A stretch of 64,000 nt of DNA. It comes from Nymphaea colorata. Lineage: Eukaryota. Under the pieces are notes generated by a model, which was given only the letters and a program-made list of their open reading frames with translations, was not told the DNA's origin and made no database searches. Of the stretch, positions 58,772 to 64,000 are shown one piece after another. The translations under genes were made by a program, and so were the position numbers. Within the stretch, counting starts at the first letter, position 1; each line of letters opens with the position of its first letter. The stretch is taken from contig NC_045138.2 of the NCBI RefSeq assembly GCF_008831285.2, forward strand, positions 18,352,001 to 18,416,000, written 5' to 3'.

Positions 58772-59202
58772 TAGGAATGTACAATGAGCGAGCCATGGTC
58801 CAGTTTGGCCAGCTTGAGCTTGGTTGAGCCACATGTTGTTTGGCTTGAGTTTAATTCAAGCTCGACTTGTTTAAGCTCAGTCTCATTTGATTCATATATT
58901 TTTTGCTTTAAATGAACATGAAACCATAAAAAAATGGTAAATTCATCAAAAATTACCGACATACCCCAAAGATTAACAAATATGGGGGACATGAGCTGAT
59001 CAAGTTTAAACGAGTTGAGTTCATGTCACTTGAACTCGAGTCGTTTGTGACTCGAGTTTTAATTCAAGCTCGAGTTTGACACCTTTGTTAAACGAGTCAA
59101 GCTCAAGCTTGACTCTTTTACTAAATGAGTCGAGATCGAGTGAAGCTTATATGGGCGAGTTCTAGTCGAGTCCAAGTTGGCTCGGTTTGTTGCACATCCC
59201 TA
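58772..59202. mobile_element. hAT MITE (CGAGCT-rich family)
   Basis: TIRs TAGGAATGTACAA / TTGCACATCCCTA; flanks TTTATATG and CTTACATG, with a small duplication at the right end. Confidence 0.7.
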
Positions 59203-62200
59203 CTTACATCCCTACTTACATGTGGCTCTGCATCTTCTTTTTTACAAAGTTGAATATGGTCGTTCATGAACGTCATGCGTTCGAAACCCATAACGCTGTG
59301 GACCCAAATCTAGTTGCATTTCGTGAATGTTATGAGTTCGAATACCACAAATATTCTTCACTTACTACAAACTCGAACTGGTCTGCTTTCTAAGTTCGAA
59401 AAAGGAACATGTACCTTACACTAATATATATATATATATAAACTCATTTAATTTGTGAAATGGCTTTACGTACCAATCGGGAGGAAATCAAAAAGGAAAA
59501 GGAAAAATGAAAAGGAAGAGGCAGGTCTTGCTTTAGTTAGTCGGTCTTATTTAAGGAATTCATGCTGCAAGCAGTGGCAACCCACAACGTGAACTAAACT
59601 TTAGCTTCTTTTCCCATATTGCGAAGAATGAATGGTGGGAGACAGCATTCAATGAACGCGCACCAAATTCCTGCACTGCATCTTTATACTGCAATAACTG
59701 ATTCCACATGTCCAGTACCTGAGCCAACAAAGGAAAAAATGTTAAAGGAAAAGAAAAAATAAAAGGAGGTGGAAGTTACAGGCCGAGCTGCCCAACTTGC
59801 GACTTTATTTATGTAGTGTACAGTAGCAAATATCTTCACTCATATTTAGCCCTTCTGTCACAATGGTTCCAAACAAAAGCTGTTATTCTGCCAGAAAGCA
59901 CATGATATATTCAAAATATCATATATATATATATATTTGTCTAACAGTATCCATGAGGTAGCGTCATGTATGATAATGGAGGCATAAATTTAAGATTAGG
60001 AAAATCCGATGTCTAAATCGGATTTTAGGAATTGAAAAAGTAGAGTAGATCTGTTAATTTTTAAAAACGTTATAAGATTTTATTTGGGCATCTGATATTC
60101 ATGTTTCTACAGTACTAACCACTAGGAAATGTCATCCAATTTTTTTTTTCAAGAACAGCAATGACTGAGAAACTGAATGCAGATCCTTTTGGATCTGAGG
60201 GAATTTGCATCCAAATTGATCTCACCCAATATTAATATATTGGCCTATTCCCTATTTTCTCTATTTGAAAACTAATTAGATAAATGTGAAAGAAAAAAAA
60301 AAAGTACTAGTTCATAAAAATTAATGCGCTTAAATTTATTACTGGATTTGGTGACGAGTTAACATGATTTGAAATGAACACAGAAAATTACAGAATGCAA
60401 AAATTTGCTCTCCTTCAGCATAAACTGCTAAATAATATATATCTGCTAACTCCTTCTTGAACATATAACCCTAAACAAGAAAATTAAAGAAAGATCAAGG
60501 ACGTTAATTTTCATCAACTTCATGCATATATCGAGTGCATTGAGATGTAAAACTGAAAAGAACATGAGTTTCAAGGGATAGATGTGTATCACCAATGCAC
60601 TAATGGTCTCTGGTTGAACTGTTGAAACCCGGGAGATTGTGATCAACACTAGCTTTTCACTTGAAGCGAACTAATGACCTATCAACAATATTCATAGGGA
60701 AGTTTCAAAAAATGTATATATTGGTTCAGGGTTTAACAGAGTGGAGTTGCATGATGATCGAATGCAACAAGTATGATGCAAAGATCTGGTCGGCTAGCTT
60801 TGTAGGTTTTCTATTCAAGGTACCAGATCCGATTCATAGATGAGCTTCAGTTTATTTATTTAACTATTTCGGAACTTAAAATGTGAACGGATAATCATAA
60901 TTCTGAGGTTCAGAAAAATTTACCGAAAAGAGACAAGAACATAACAAGAACCGATCGCAGAACTACATAATCTAGAAGAAAATAGAAAATCTAAGGACTA
61001 ACTGGTAATCGATGGTTTCACTTGAAATCTGTTCAGCAATGGTAATCAGGATGATAATATTATTGCATTTCTACATCTTATTGTTCTTAATTTGGACTTG
61101 AACAAGTTTCAGGTCGATGAGCTCAATTCGACAGTTACAGTGATTTGCATAACTTACCTAGTTCTTTGTGTATAATTGGGATAAGCCTTAAGCCATGGTG
61201 ATTATGCTGATCTTGGCGATATTAGTGATGATCGAATGAGATCTGGTCCAGGACTAACTGAGACACAGACTTCGAGATCGGAAAATATTTTCCTCCAGTT
61301 GCACCCATAGGATAAAACAGATTGAACATCCATCTAGTACTGAATAGGCTCATATTTCAATGTTCTGCAGCTGAATATGAATGATGAAAAGCTGCCTCAG
61401 GTTGCAGTTTTTTCATTTTCTGAAGATAAACATGTCAGAGAAAATATTTGAGCACCATATATGCAGGAATGGCAGAAGCTGTCTCATGTGGCGCAAAACT
61501 TATTTACTTATCTTATAATCTACTAGTTTGTCTACAAAGTAACTCGCTTTGGAATTTTGAACTTTGCAAATCAAATCATCTCAACACCGATTTCTTAATT
61601 AAGGCACGTTTATTAAGAAAATTTCATACACAAAATGCAAACCCGGATCAACGGAACTTTAATATCATCAAATTAATCTTCAACGGTAACTAGCCGTTGA
61701 AAAGAGGAGAAAGAAAAGAATAAGGGCCGATAGTTAGTTTATCTTTGCCGAGAAGACGTTTAATTTGTAAACCACATACATTTCTGTGTGGGCAACTGAC
61801 TACACAAGCCCACATGGGGACTCTTGTTCCACTATATTACTGTTTGTTCAGTTAACATATAAAAACATATCTGTACGAAATAAGTCGAAGAGTGAATGTT
61901 GAGTGCTATTAGAAGCGGGTACCAAGTGATGACACGAGGGGACATTTACGCATGTGCCCGACGAAGCAGATGCTTTTGAATCGGCTATGGTTTCTTAATT
62001 AGTGCTCTGACACCATGAATGAACACGCAGTAGCTGCAGAGAAAAGAAAAAACTGATCAAGAACCTCACAAGAATACACACAAATGTGGTCTGATGCGTC
62101 AAACACCTTTATCTAAGAGAAAATTTTCCATAATAAAGCTTTTGAAAGTGTACTGCAGCAACCTTCCTTTCATCTAATATGGCAAGACAGCAATATTTTT

Positions 62201-63710
62201 ATCTGATACATATCCACTGAGGGCCTTCGCCAGTCAAGTTTAGCACCATCTTTTTTCCTCGAGTGTAAGAAGGAAGTTAATAATCCACAGCCCAATAGAA
62301 AAGGTTGAAGCTTCCACTCTACCCCTTGAGTTGGTGGCCTATGTCCGGGCCTTAGTGGGCAGTGGGCCATGTTCAGCTCAAGAGGCATTAATACCTTTAA
62401 TGGCTCAATAGGGTATCATGCACAGGCAATCAAAACGGACACATGACATTTACAAACACCCACTCTCACCAGCTATACTAAGCCCATTAAGCCAGATCAT
62501 TATTAATTATATATATATTCAGATTTAGTAAAGATATAGATATTGCAAATTAAGCCTCGTCTAGAGACACCAGTTGAGTTTCATAATTGGGTTGATCAAT
62601 TGTAACCATGTGAATATGATCATTGTTCATGATCGAAACCAACAAATGTGCAAGATTTTATATACAGAACATGCCAAAATGATTGAATATGATCATTGTA
62701 CGCCGTAGAATTAATGAATCAAAATTTGAGCGTACCTGAACGTAAAAAAAAAATGATGAAGTTGATTTCTGCAGAAAGATGAACGGTTTTGCAGGTATAA
62801 TAACATCAATCTAGTTGTATCCATCGATGAGAACAAATCACAAAGATGTAAAGAAACCAGGAGGCATCGACTATATCGAATCGGGATACAAACCAAATGC
62901 CTTCAAATGCGGATTCAAACAAAACACCATAACAGAATATGGCTCAGTAACGCTGACATCGTAAGGCGTTTGCTGAAGACGTGCCGGAAATGTACAGGTT
63001 GGGAACACGCAGTTCAAAGCAGGTGCAACTTCCCTGTTTATCCAACTTTTCTGGATAAAGTGGGTGCATCCCATTAATGTGAGTCCCAGTGTTCCGCCTA
63101 AAGCTTCGTACTGGAGTACGCTCTGGTGAGTCACATTTTTGTCACCTTCTCCGCCCATTTACTAAAATTTCTTCTTAGGATTCCACAGCGTGGCAGAAGT
63201 TATTTATTTTGCTCTTGTCCATTGTGGCCTATAGGTGCCTACCGTGACTTCCAAATAGAGATAGCGTGCTTGCCTTCAGTATGGCAGTTCATATGCCTAG
63301 AGGAATGTGAAGAAGTATACGGTTCTGAGAATGGTGTAACGTTTTTTTTCCCTTTTGTTTTAGTGCATTAATAGTACAAGAACCCATTGATCTTCAATAG
63401 GCATTTTGGAGCAAATTCATGTAGAGACTTTATGAAAAGCAAGTTTTTTAATGAGTTTTAAGGCTTTACTTTTTATTTTTTGTTTGGGTGGTATACCTAA
63501 AACCTGGTTTTCTAATAACCTAAATGGGTGTCAGGTTTTTCAATCCATTTAATGGAACTAGGTTTTATCAAAATTGGGCTTGTCTTATGATGGCACCTAA
63601 ACACTTCAAATACCTAGCTTTGGATGCAAAATCAGGTTTTTGGGTTTCATCCAAACATCCCCTTAGTTTTTAGAAAGTTAACGATCAACTTGCAATTTTC
63701 ATTTTCGAAA

Positions 63711-63744
<34 letters not shown>

Positions 63745-64000
63745 GAAAAATGGGAAGCTATCATACCCTTATATACCAAACTTAATGAGAACAATCTATG
63801 CCATTGATTTTAATGAGATTAAATGGTGGAGATTAAGTGTTAAATATAGAAATCAAGTTCATTTTTCAAAATTGCAAAAATACCCCTCAAAGCAGATGAG
63901 GAGTTTCGTTTAAAGAAAATCATTTGTTTCCGTCTTTTTTCTTCACCTCTCTTTCTTGGAAGGGTATTTAGGACTCTTTTAAAAACAGGCTAACTTTTAT

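Noticed and set aside
62794..63127. Exon-like segment bounded by TTTTGCAG and GTGAGT
   Set aside because: No recognisable protein and no supporting neighbouring exons.

Overview
Plant (angiosperm-type) nuclear DNA with GT-AG introns, microsatellites and MITEs; the species cannot be fixed from sequence alone. Genes: an intronless G-type lectin S-domain receptor kinase (69-2762, -), three U1 snRNA genes (-) with TATA and USE-like promoter boxes, a 4-exon IQD gene (+), a 2OG-Fe(II) oxygenase-like gene (-) with a one-base frameshift at a G-run, and a 14-exon NEK kinase (-). The left half is shaped by a local duplication: 1-14753 is copied at about 27592-33883, where an 8.35 kb deletion pseudogenised the second kinase and removed one U1 gene. 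Between the copies lie a LIFEGUARD/BI-1-like pseudogene, a SWI3C-like fragment, a LINE remnant and nested hAT MITEs. The 5' part of the LIFEGUARD pseudogene forms a ~1.9 kb inverted repeat with a 35-nt loop, a candidate hairpin-RNA or proto-miRNA locus and the most notable feature here. 50-64 kb appears intergenic. All calls come from reading the sequence by eye; no database searches were run.
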